A DNA stretch of 64,000 nt, from the NCBI GenBank assembly GCA_902784435.1, contig CACZUR010000001.1, positions 16,144-80,143 on the forward strand, written 5' to 3'. Each line of letters opens with the position of its first letter. Positions within the stretch are counted from its first letter, which is position 1. Below are positions 18,201 to 26,775 of the stretch, piece by piece. Under the pieces are notes generated by a model. The model saw only the letters and a list, made by a program, of their open reading frames with translations. It was not told where the DNA came from and made no database searches. Origin of the DNA: an uncultured Bacteroidia bacterium (GTDB taxonomy: Bacteria; Bacteroidota; Bacteroidia; Bacteroidales; UBA932). The translations under genes and the position numbers were made by a program.

Positions 18201-19139
18201 ATGGTTTACACGTCGCTGACACAACTGATTGGGAAGACACCGCTTCTGAAAGTGAGCGGTTTCGAAGGCCAGTTGGCCACCCTCCTCCTGAAACTGGAGT
18301 GCTTCAATCCGGGCGGCTCGGTCAAGGACCGCGTTGCCCTGGCCATGATAGAGGATGCCGAGAAAAAGGGCGTCCTGGCGCCCGGCGCCACCATCATCGA
18401 ACCCACCAGCGGGAACACCGGTGTAGGACTGGCCTGGGTGGGGACGGTGAAAGGCTATCGGGTGGTGCTTACCATGCCGGAAACCATGAGCCAGGAGCGC
18501 CGCAGCCTGCTCAAGGCCCTGGGCGCCACGCTGGTGCTCACGCCCGGCTCCGAAGGCATGAAAGGCGCCATCGCCAAGGCCGAAGCCCTGCGGGACAGCA
18601 CGCCCGGCGCGGTGATCCTGGGCCAGTTCGTGAATCCGGCCAATCCGGCGGCGCACGAGCGCACCACCGGTGAAGAAATCTGGGCCGACACGGAAGGCCG
18701 CGTGGATATCTTTGTGGCCGGTGTAGGCACCGGCGGCACCGTGAGCGGAACGGGAAAGGCTTTGAAAAAGCACAATCCCGCCATTCAGGTTGTGGCCGTG
18801 GAACCGGAGAGCTCGGCCGTCCTTTCTACGGGCATTCCCGGAAAACACCAGATACAGGGCATCGGGGCAGGCTTTGTTCCCGAGACCTATGATGCAGACG
18901 TAGTGGACTGCATCCTGACCGTTTCGGACGACGATGCCATGGCCGCTTCCCGCAGCCTATCGGCCAAGGAAGGCCTCCTGGTGGGCATTTCCTCCGGCGC
19001 GGCCTTCGCCGCCGCCCTCCGGCTCAGCCGCCGGAAGGAGAACGAAGGAAAGACCATCGTCGCCCTTCTGCCGGACACGGGGGAGCGTTATCTGTCCACT
19101 TCCCTGTACGACTTTGAACATGAACCCCTCCCGCGATGA
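18201..19139 (+). CDS. cysK: Cysteine synthase A
   Basis: NPGGSVKDR, PTSGNTG, GVGTGGT and IQGIG motifs. Confidence 0.95.
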   Translation: MVYTSLTQLIGKTPLLKVSGFEGQLATLLLKLECFNPGGSVKDRVALAMIEDAEKKGVLAPGATIIEPTSGNTGVGLAWVGTVKGYRVVLTMPETMSQERRSLLKALGATLVLTPGSEGMKGAIAKAEALRDSTPGAVILGQFVNPANPAAHERTTGEEIWADTEGRVDIFVAGVGTGGTVSGTGKALKKHNPAIQVVAVEPESSAVLSTGIPGKHQIQGIGAGFVPETYDADVVDCILTVSDDDAMAASRSLSAKEGLLVGISSGAAFAAALRLSRRKENEGKTIVALLPDTGERYLSTSLYDFEHEPLPR

Positions 19140-19870
19140 GCCTTTCCCTGAACAGCACCGTAGGTCATCTGAAAAACATGATGGCCAGCATGAAGGACGT
19201 GGTTTTCCCCCTGTACAGCGACGTGCGGGAGGAAAATGCCCTGCGCAGCGTGTATGACAGCCTGCGATCGGCCACCGATGCCCCTACGGCCGATGCTTTC
19301 ATGGCCCGGATTCCGGAAATCAAGCGCCTGCTGGAGACCGACGTCAAGGCCCTGGCCAAGAACGACCCCGCCGTCAAGAGCGAGCAGGAAATCATCTATT
19401 GTTACCCGGCCGTTACCGCCATGCTGTATTACCGCACGGCGCACGAACTGCTCCTGTCCGGCGTTCCCATCATCCCGCGCATGCTCACGGAGTATGCGCA
19501 CAACGTGACGGGCATCGACATCCATCCCGGAGCGGTCATCGGCGAGGGCTTCGCCATCGACCACGGGACGGGCGTCGTCATTGGAGAAACCGCCATTATC
19601 GGCAAGAATGTAACGCTGTATCAGGGGGTTACGCTGGGGGCCAAGAGCTTCCGTTACGGGGAGGACGGACGTCCGCTGAACATCCCGCGCCACCCCATCC
19701 TGGAAGACGGGGTGACGGTCTATTCCAATACCTCCATCCTGGGGCGCGTGACTATCGGCGAGGGCTCGGTCATCGGCGGCAATGTCTGGCTCACGCATTC
19801 CATCCCGCCCCATTCCTCCATTATCCAGGGCCGTGCACACGAGTCCTTCACCGACGGCGCAGGGATTTAA
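19136..19870 (+). CDS. cysE: Serine O-acetyltransferase
   Basis: DPA, TGIDIHPGA, IDHGTGVVIGET, YQGVTLGA and PRHP motifs. Confidence 0.92.
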   Translation: MSLSLNSTVGHLKNMMASMKDVVFPLYSDVREENALRSVYDSLRSATDAPTADAFMARIPEIKRLLETDVKALAKNDPAVKSEQEIIYCYPAVTAMLYYRTAHELLLSGVPIIPRMLTEYAHNVTGIDIHPGAVIGEGFAIDHGTGVVIGETAIIGKNVTLYQGVTLGAKSFRYGEDGRPLNIPRHPILEDGVTVYSNTSILGRVTIGEGSVIGGNVWLTHSIPPHSSIIQGRAHESFTDGAGI

Positions 19871-19871
19871 T

Positions 19872-20510
19872 ATGAAAAAGGGATTCATACTCGTTCTGTT
19901 TGCCCTGGCGGTCCTCTCCTGTGGAACTGTCAGGAGACAGCCCGCTACGCAGCAGGCGCCCGTGCAGCTGCCCCTGGAAGACCCTGCGGAGATTGCCCGT
20001 TCCGAGGAAAGGGCGCAGCAGGTGCTGGATTCCATCGAGAAAATCAAGTCTATGCCTCCTGTCCAGGCCGCGCAGCCGGCGCCTCCCAAGGAGGAAAGCC
20101 TTTCGTTGGCCGACCAGGTCATCGCCTATGCCCGGAGTTTTCTGGGAACGCCGTACAAACTGGGCGCCAGAGGTCCCAAACAGTTCGACTGCTCCAGTTA
20201 TACCAGCTACGTTTTCCGGCATTTCGGCTACGAGATCACTTCCTACAGCCAGCGCCAGTTCCACGAGGGCAGGGAAGTGGCCGGCTATTCGGAACTGCAG
20301 AAAGGAGACCTGGTGTTCTTCGGGAAGCGGGGGAAGGTGCGGGACATCGGCCATGTGGGCATCGTGGTTTCCGTGGACGAGGAAAGGGGCAGCTTTACTT
20401 TCATCCATGCATCTGTGTCCAAGGGAGTTACGGAAGAAACTTCCTCCCAGCCTTATTTCCTCATGCGGTACATGGGCGCGCGGCGCATCCTTCCGGACCA
20501 GCCCCGTTGA
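19872..20510 (+). CDS. NlpC/P60 (C40) peptidase lipoprotein
   Basis: AVLSC lipobox; LGTPY, FDCSS, GDLVFF, GHVGI and FIHAS motifs. Confidence 0.9.
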   Translation: MKKGFILVLFALAVLSCGTVRRQPATQQAPVQLPLEDPAEIARSEERAQQVLDSIEKIKSMPPVQAAQPAPPKEESLSLADQVIAYARSFLGTPYKLGARGPKQFDCSSYTSYVFRHFGYEITSYSQRQFHEGREVAGYSELQKGDLVFFGKRGKVRDIGHVGIVVSVDEERGSFTFIHASVSKGVTEETSSQPYFLMRYMGARRILPDQPR

Positions 20511-20557
20511 GGCGCTTGCTAATTCGTAAGTTTTGCGTATCTTTGCATTCACGTTCT

Positions 20558-20954
20558 GGGGGTGTTTTGGTTTTGACAGCGCCGATGCAGGACGGTAAGC
20601 ACGTCGGGCGTGGGAGCCTTGCCCGTAAATCTCAGACTCCGAACAATCAGTTGCCAACAACAACTACGCACTCGCTGCCTAATTCGGCCAAGTCCAATTA
20701 GCTTAATCCGCCTCGCCAAGGCTGCGGGGCCGACGAGTATCCCTCGGACCTTCCGCCTCTTAAGGGCCGATCAAGGGGTATCATCCATTTGAGGCTGCTC
20801 CGGAGGACGCCTCTAAATCCGGCTAAGATACAAAGGCTAAGGGAAGCTTCGCCCGCCTTCCGGCAGGGCTTCCTCGAAAACCAAAGGACGGATAAGCGTG
20901 TAGAAAGCCGCCAGGTGCGACGTTTGGACAGCGGTTCGAGTCCGCTCACCTCCA
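20558..20954 (+). ncRNA. ssrA: tmRNA
   Basis: 5' GGGGGTG...TTTGACAG pairs with 3' CACCTCC-A after a GCGGTTCGAGTCCGC T-arm. Tag ORF ANNNYALAA* at 20653-20682. TATCTTTG -7 box at 20538-20545. Confidence 0.95.
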
Positions 20955-20999
20955 CAAATACAGGGGGCACTGCCCCCTCATACACCCCCGCGGCTCCCG

Positions 21000-21109
21000 C
21001 GTTTTTGCTAAAACATTGACATTAAGCAAATTACAACATTTCCTCCAGTCGAAAAATCCCGGAGGAAAATCCACAATTCGCTCATTGTCAAGCAATTGCG
21101 AAAAACGCC
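21000..21109. repeat. 110-nt nested palindromic element, copy 1
   Basis: Gapless alignment to 58488-58597 (71/110 identical by hand count); CGTTTTT...AAAAACG ends and a TTTCCTCC/GGAGGAAA inner stem. Confidence 0.75.
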
Positions 21110-21134
21110 AACAGCAGAGCCACATCACACCCAT

Positions 21135-21230
21135 GGCAAGTACGGAGACCCCGACCAGGAATCCGCCTTCTGCATCCTCAAGTACACCTACGCCGCCTGC
21201 GTACTTGCCGAGAACGAATTCATGGACAGG
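21135..21230 (+). pseudogene. Fragment of N-acetylmuramoyl-L-alanine amidase (Amidase_3-like)
   Basis: GDPDQESAFCILKYTYAACVLAENEFMD resembles the GDPDxExxFxILxxTxxPAVLTENxFMD segment of Bacteroidales phage/ICE amidases. Confidence 0.55.
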
Positions 21231-21346
21231 CGGTGCAGGTTCCGGGGCAGACGGCGCAGGTCCCAAAACAGGGGCTGAACCTGCGCCATCGGGGTGCTAA
21301 GTGGGCTTTTTCGCAACTCCCCAGCCGATGTACGTACATCGGTAGC

Positions 21347-21455
21347 CGTGGCGCTTAATCCGTCAATAATCAGCATGTTAGCACAACTGACGGGTATGAA
21401 ATGCATACCCGTCAGTTGTGCTAATCCTTTAGTATTCATCTGTTTAAGCGCCACG
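21347..21455. repeat. 109-nt nested palindromic element, related architecture
   Basis: Perfect 12-bp outer IR (CGTGGCGCTTAA/TTAAGCGCCACG), two 19-nt spacers, and a perfect 21-bp inner IR (21378-21398/21404-21424). Confidence 0.8.
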
Positions 21456-21459
21456 CTGC

Positions 21460-21681
21460 ACCGCCACCCAGCTCAAAGACCTGAACAGTACGCTGGGCCA
21501 CAGCGTAGAATTGCAGCTGAAATATGTCTTCTCCCCGGACGTTTCGCTCTCTGTGGGCTACACGCAGATGATCGGTACCGAGACCATGGCCATCCTCAAG
21601 CGGGAAGGCGTGAGCAACCAGGCTAACTGGGGCTGGGTGTCCCTGGTAGTGTCCCCTTCGGTCTTCTCCAAAATGTGGTAA
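21460..21681 (+). pseudogene. C-terminal fragment of an outer-membrane beta-barrel (alginate-export-like) gene
   Basis: TATQLKDLNSTLGHSVELQLKYVFSPDVSLSVGYTQMIGTETMAILKR...WGWVSLVVSPSVFSKMW*. No upstream start; in-frame stop lies inside the adjacent palindrome. Confidence 0.65.
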
Positions 21682-21698
21682 TCAGATACGTATCTTTA

Positions 21699-23258
21699 TT
21701 ATTTCCTCACTCGCCGGTATTTTTGATTCGGGTCGTTTGGATTTTCTGGAATTGTTCGTTCCAGTTGTCCTGCATCAATCAACGCTTGAATATATCGTTT
21801 CCTGCTTCGAGATTGGTTCTGAATGCCTAGCCTGTTCATAATTTCTTGTGCAGTGCGCGGTATTGAGCAGAAGTTAAGGATATCCTGTTGCTTTTTGGTT
21901 ACTTGGTGCATTGTTGTCAAGCTTGGTGCATTTTTATCTGGAGGTTGGTGCGTCGTTGTTAAGCTCGGTGCATTTTTACTTGGAGGTTGGTGCGTTATGC
22001 TAGAGGTTGGTGCATTTTTATGATGCTCTTTGCGCGGAATGATTATTATGAACTCCTTCGTTTTCTCATTGTCGTTAAAACGTACTTGAACACCCGTCTC
22101 AAGAGCACGTTTAAGTCCGCTGCCAACACCGGTATAAGGTAACAGGAAGATGGCATTGCTAAACAAGAGATCATTTCTGGGCATTGAGACACCGGAGACC
22201 ATGCTCTCTACAGTCATTCCTGCAGGCAAGTTACCGGGACTGTGAATCTCAACACGGTCATCAAAGATGAATACGCGGACTGGCATTCTCCACACAAGGC
22301 TGCGATGAATCAGAGCGTTTGCGGTAAACTCCATAAGAGCAACAGGCGGAATCTCAAGCTCTCCGACGGAATTGAAGTTCTCCTCTACCTGTACATTCCT
22401 CAAATTCCGACTGAAAAACTGCATGATGGAATTGTACTGATGAAGGATATTCCCCTCCATGTCGGTCTCAGAAAATCTGTCACGATACTCGCTTCCGCCA
22501 ACGGAATTCCCGAAGAAACTGAAACATTTGGCAGTATAGGTGGGGAGGAAGCGCTGGGTAACTTTTGCAAATAGAATAACTGCCGCAACAGTAAACCGCC
22601 CGTCCGGCCTAATAAGTTTTAAGTTTCGGAGAATACTTTCTGCCGTTTTATCCTTGATAAGTAGCGAGGCTATCTCATCGGCGCTCAAATCTGAAGGTCT
22701 TCTCCCATCATCTGTCTGCTTGGACAGTGCATCACGAAACTTTTTGAGCAGGAATCTCTTGATGGCATCCATGTCCATGTCGTCCATTGAGGCGTTGGGA
22801 ACTACAGACTCATCGGCCTCGAAGGTGCCACAATCTTCCATCATGGCCTTTAGCTCCATGTTATCGAAAATTTTACGCTTGTCAGATCCTTGCTTGATCC
22901 AAATGATGCCCCGATTGTCGTGATAGGGTTTGTTCGTTCCCTCTTTGACAGAAGCGATAACAAGATTTCCGCCCTCCATCAAGGACGTATCGGTTTCAAT
23001 GAGAATGGATGGATTGAGCATAGTACTGGCGATATTGCCCAGTGTTTGGGTGGTCTCCTGTGTTTCTTGGAAGGAAAGAGGATTGATAGCACCTGTTTTG
23101 TCGTTGATGCCTATTATAATCCGTCCGCCTCGGTAATTGCTCAAGGCACACATCTCACAAGCCATATCGTAGTTATCGACAACTCTTTCTTTGAATTGGA
23201 CTTTGCCTACTTCTGCTAAATCTCTTAGTTCCAGTATCTCTGTCTCGGTCATAACCAT
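21699..23258 (-). CDS. Schlafen/AlbA_2 + HATPase_c_4 + C-terminal HTH protein
   Basis: VQFKE...ALSNYRGGRIIIGINDK; NALIHR...FDDRVEIHSPG...RN; C-terminal ERTIPENPNDPNQKYR. Visibly lower GC than its neighbours. Confidence 0.8.
   Translation of the reverse strand: MVMTETEILELRDLAEVGKVQFKERVVDNYDMACEMCALSNYRGGRIIIGINDKTGAINPLSFQETQETTQTLGNIASTMLNPSILIETDTSLMEGGNLVIASVKEGTNKPYHDNRGIIWIKQGSDKRKIFDNMELKAMMEDCGTFEADESVVPNASMDDMDMDAIKRFLLKKFRDALSKQTDDGRRPSDLSADEIASLLIKDKTAESILRNLKLIRPDGRFTVAAVILFAKVTQRFLPTYTAKCFSFFGNSVGGSEYRDRFSETDMEGNILHQYNSIMQFFSRNLRNVQVEENFNSVGELEIPPVALMEFTANALIHRSLVWRMPVRVFIFDDRVEIHSPGNLPAGMTVESMVSGVSMPRNDLLFSNAIFLLPYTGVGSGLKRALETGVQVRFNDNEKTKEFIIIIPRKEHHKNAPTSSITHQPPSKNAPSLTTTHQPPDKNAPSLTTMHQVTKKQQDILNFCSIPRTAQEIMNRLGIQNQSRSRKRYIQALIDAGQLERTIPENPNDPNQKYRRVRK
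21903..22020 (-). repeat. 42-nt coding tandem repeat (~2.8 copies)
   Basis: Encodes KNAPTSSITHQPPS / KNAPSLTTTHQPPD / KNAPSLTTMHQ. Confidence 0.85.
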
Positions 23259-23306
23259 TAGGTTTGTTGTGGGACATAGTTGCGTGTTGGCAACAATTTT
23301 CAAGAC

Positions 23307-26300
23307 TCAGTAGCCTATCACGGCATTCCCGATCTCGTAATCCGTGTAAGAACCGTAGTGGACGTGGCCCGATACCGTTTTCATGGTGTCGGGACCGCCC
23401 AGGTGCTCCGGCCGGTTGTCGGGGAACTGGAGCGGAGGCGGCATGTTGGTGTATTCCGTCCACATGGCGGGCGTCTGGAAGTAATAGCCATAGTAGGTGA
23501 GGTTGTAATTCTCGAACAGACCGGCCTGCAGATAGTATTCCGATAAAGTGCTGTACAGGTATTGGATCTGGACGGGACAGTTGGGGAAGGAGATAAAGCC
23601 GGCCGCCCGGAAAGAAGAGATGCCGTACAGGGACAGCCCCGGGACGGTGGAGCGGAAGGGACCTTCGTCCAGGGTCAGGGAGATGGACAGGTCCAGGGCC
23701 CATGCATGCGGATAATACAGGATCAGGTGGTCGAAGCCGGACCCGGTCCCGAAATAGGCCTGGAAGGCGGGATGGGCGTTCACGGCATAGTCGCAGCGGA
23801 TGCCCTTCAGGTCGGCCGATGCCTGTTCCACGCTCTCCCGGAACACAGGATTCAGGTATCGGCCCGTTATGTCGGTATTGCTGAACTGCACGGTGGCGGT
23901 CTGCGTCTCCGTGTAAGGCCCGTCGAACAGCTGTTTGAGCGGGTGACGCCGCCAGTAGCGTTCAAAGGTGAGACGGGCCTGGGCGCTGGCACCCAGCACA
24001 AAGCCCAGGGGGTTCCACATCTGCACGCTCAGCTTGTTGTCTTCGGTGACGACTTCCATCCGGAATCGCTTGTGCAGCACCGTACACACCAGATTCTGCT
24101 CATAGTTCCTGTCCAGGTAGCTGGCGCTGACCGTCAGGGTAACCCGCTTGTCCCCGGCCAGGGGATCCCAGGCCCCGGGCAAATCGTAAGGAACCGCGGT
24201 ATCTTCGTAGGACCGGGGATTTTCGTAGCGGTCTACCCAAAGGTCCAGGCGGTACAGCCCGCTTTGGACCGGCGTGAGGGTATATTGCAGGTAGGGCGCC
24301 TGCCCGGAAGGGATGCTTGCCGATACCGCAGGCGTTGCCGGCAGATTGTCCATCCGCACATAATAGGTTTGCCGGAAACCGTACATCAGGTAGCATTCGC
24401 TGCCGGAGGCCACTTCTTTCTGGGAACAATGCATGGCTGCATAATCGTTGGTTCCGGGCACGGCCTCCTGGATGACGAGTCTTCTGCGGGGAGCGGGGAT
24501 GAGCTCGCACACGGGGAATAGCCTTACCTGTCCGGGAAAGAAGGAATGCGCCACCAAAAGATACATGTTTTCGTCATAGGGAAACGCCTGCGTCCGCTTG
24601 GGAAGGATGTCCAGGTTGTAAAAATCGAAGTCGTAGGCGCCTATGTCACGCAGGACGGAATAGCTGACGAGGAACTGCTGGTCGATGTCATCGTCCCATT
24701 CGTATTCCACCTGGGATTCCAGGAAGAAGTTCTCCCGGTAAAAGCCGGGCCCGGTTTGCCCGTAGGGAGCCCCGCCCAGGCCCGTGAAACTGTGTCCCTG
24801 TCCGTCGCCGCCCCACTCGAAATAGCGGTTGTCAATGACCTTATAGCCCATCCCGGGGTCTGTCAGGGCAAAATAATAGCCTTGCCCGGAGCTCAGGACA
24901 TGCTCTTCGGTAATCCAGGTCTGGACTGTGATATCCTGTATGTCGGGCCTCTCCAGCAGGCAGAACTGAAGGTCCCGCTGGGTAAAGTCCAGGTTTTTCC
25001 GGTACATTTCGAATTCCTCGCCGTTCACGGGATCCTCGCCGGTAATCAGCAGGGTAAAGCGGTTGTAATGTGCCGCCTCGCAGTCCGGAGTATAGGCATA
25101 GACGTACAGCCGGTTGGCCGTGTGGTCGTACCAGAGATGCGGTTTCCGTATGCCGATTTTCCCGTTGAGGCCAAAGATATCGGCATTCCGGCCCAGATCA
25201 ATCCATTCGCTGTTGCGCTCGTGGAAATGCACCCCGTCGTCGGCCGAGAAATGAGCGATGCCGGCCTGGAAGTTATGCCCCACGCCGAAAACGTTTTCCG
25301 GCAGCTGTACCACCATCCACTGACCGCGGTAAGCCGGCTGCCTGAGGATGTGCACATCTTTCCAGAACGAGACGCTGCTGTCGATGGTGATACTGGCCGT
25401 ATCTTCCAGGTCGGCGCCGTCCCCGCCATACAGGGAAAAGACCTGCCCGTCGGTGGCCGTAGACTGTGCTGTCAAGGTAACTATCCCATAGTGAGGCATG
25501 TAAGTGGTATGGCCGGGCGAAGCCTGATTGGCGTTGGCATGGTATTCATAAGTGCTTACCTGAAGCTCTTCCGTAGCCAGTCCGGCCAGGGAAACCTGGA
25601 AGCGGAGCTGGTCCTGGGGAAGGGAAGTCTCGAACCGCACCTGCAGGGATTCCCCGGGCGCCACTTTGAGCGCACCGTCGTACACCCATTGGAAGTTCTC
25701 CGACGCCTCCCGCGGATGCAACTTCAGGGTAATGCTCCGGTGCCGGTTGCGGATGATGTCAAAATTGGCGCACATGGCGGCATCCTGGCCGGGATAAAAG
25801 CGGTATTTGTATTTCTTCCGGCCCGTAACGCCGTCCGAGGCCTCTACCAGAATGTCTACGTAAGAGCAGTGGGCCACCTCGGGGCCCAGTTCCGTAAACA
25901 CGCGGTTCCACTTGCTGGCAGGGCCGATGTCCCCCTGGCAGTTTTCCAGGAAGTACAGCGTGACGGCTTCCGTGCTGCGATCATCGGCCCCGAAACTGTT
26001 CAGGGCCAGGATGTCTTCCTCTGTGGCGAAGTCCACGATGGAAAGCTGGTCCCCCTCTGCCCGGACGCCCGGATCGGTGCCTGTGTAAAAAAACGGCGCC
26101 CGGGTATTGCTCTGGGCAGCAAGTACCTCGGCGGCACTCACCGTCCAGCCCTCCGTCACAAAGTCGCGGATATTGATACGCAGGTCATAGCGGGCAAACA
26201 GGCGCTTCAGGGTCAGTTCCAGGGCGTCGTTCTCCTCGTCCAGGATGCACTGCGTCATTTTCCCGGACATGGGCATGCCCACGTCTTCCAGTTGCAGGAG

Positions 26301-26762
26301 GGACCTGGCGTCCTGGCACTGGAATTCCAGGCTTTCCAGGTCGGTTTCCGTGAGGTCGGTCCTTGTCAGGTATTCTTCCAGCGCGGCCTCCGTTTCCGTA
26401 TCGGGATTCACAATGGCATAGACATCCATGGGCTGGGGGCTTCCGCTGCTGTCCAGGCCGGAGGGAAGCGGCCAGTCAAAGGTGGCTGATGTGGTTTTTA
26501 CGGCAATGGGAGCCCGTCCCGACTCGCTCAGGAAAATGACCCGGGTGTCGGCATCGAAGGCAAACAGATAGGCTTTCCGGAACTCTTCGGCATCGACGGA
26601 AATCACCGATTTGCTGTCGGGGGTTTCGGCCATTAGGCATACGGAGATGGTTTGGAGGGCGGCTTGGCGGGGCCGGTGTTCCGGCTCCGGGGCGGGCAAC
26701 TCTCGCTGGCAGGCTCCCAGTACCACCGGGAGCACGGCCGCTGTCAAAAGGAATCTTTTCAT
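23307..26762 (-). CDS. Large lipoprotein, putative type V pilus tip adhesin (N-terminal fimbrillin/DUF4906-like domain)
   Basis: VLGAC lipobox; VYAIVN, MPMSG, LKRLFARY, LYFLENCQG, CSYVDI and NFDIIRN fimbrillin-type motifs, followed by ~800 aa that I do not recognise. Confidence 0.7.
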   Translation of the reverse strand: MKRFLLTAAVLPVVLGACQRELPAPEPEHRPRQAALQTISVCLMAETPDSKSVISVDAEEFRKAYLFAFDADTRVIFLSESGRAPIAVKTTSATFDWPLPSGLDSSGSPQPMDVYAIVNPDTETEAALEEYLTRTDLTETDLESLEFQCQDARSLLQLEDVGMPMSGKMTQCILDEENDALELTLKRLFARYDLRINIRDFVTEGWTVSAAEVLAAQSNTRAPFFYTGTDPGVRAEGDQLSIVDFATEEDILALNSFGADDRSTEAVTLYFLENCQGDIGPASKWNRVFTELGPEVAHCSYVDILVEASDGVTGRKKYKYRFYPGQDAAMCANFDIIRNRHRSITLKLHPREASENFQWVYDGALKVAPGESLQVRFETSLPQDQLRFQVSLAGLATEELQVSTYEYHANANQASPGHTTYMPHYGIVTLTAQSTATDGQVFSLYGGDGADLEDTASITIDSSVSFWKDVHILRQPAYRGQWMVVQLPENVFGVGHNFQAGIAHFSADDGVHFHERNSEWIDLGRNADIFGLNGKIGIRKPHLWYDHTANRLYVYAYTPDCEAAHYNRFTLLITGEDPVNGEEFEMYRKNLDFTQRDLQFCLLERPDIQDITVQTWITEEHVLSSGQGYYFALTDPGMGYKVIDNRYFEWGGDGQGHSFTGLGGAPYGQTGPGFYRENFFLESQVEYEWDDDIDQQFLVSYSVLRDIGAYDFDFYNLDILPKRTQAFPYDENMYLLVAHSFFPGQVRLFPVCELIPAPRRRLVIQEAVPGTNDYAAMHCSQKEVASGSECYLMYGFRQTYYVRMDNLPATPAVSASIPSGQAPYLQYTLTPVQSGLYRLDLWVDRYENPRSYEDTAVPYDLPGAWDPLAGDKRVTLTVSASYLDRNYEQNLVCTVLHKRFRMEVVTEDNKLSVQMWNPLGFVLGASAQARLTFERYWRRHPLKQLFDGPYTETQTATVQFSNTDITGRYLNPVFRESVEQASADLKGIRCDYAVNAHPAFQAYFGTGSGFDHLILYYPHAWALDLSISLTLDEGPFRSTVPGLSLYGISSFRAAGFISFPNCPVQIQYLYSTLSEYYLQAGLFENYNLTYYGYYFQTPAMWTEYTNMPPPLQFPDNRPEHLGGPDTMKTVSGHVHYGSYTDYEIGNAVIGY

Positions 26763-26775
26763 ATGTAACGCTGTA

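Noticed and set aside
21903-22020. CRISPR array
   Set aside because: The repeats are contiguous, in-frame coding units without unique spacers, and there are no cas genes.
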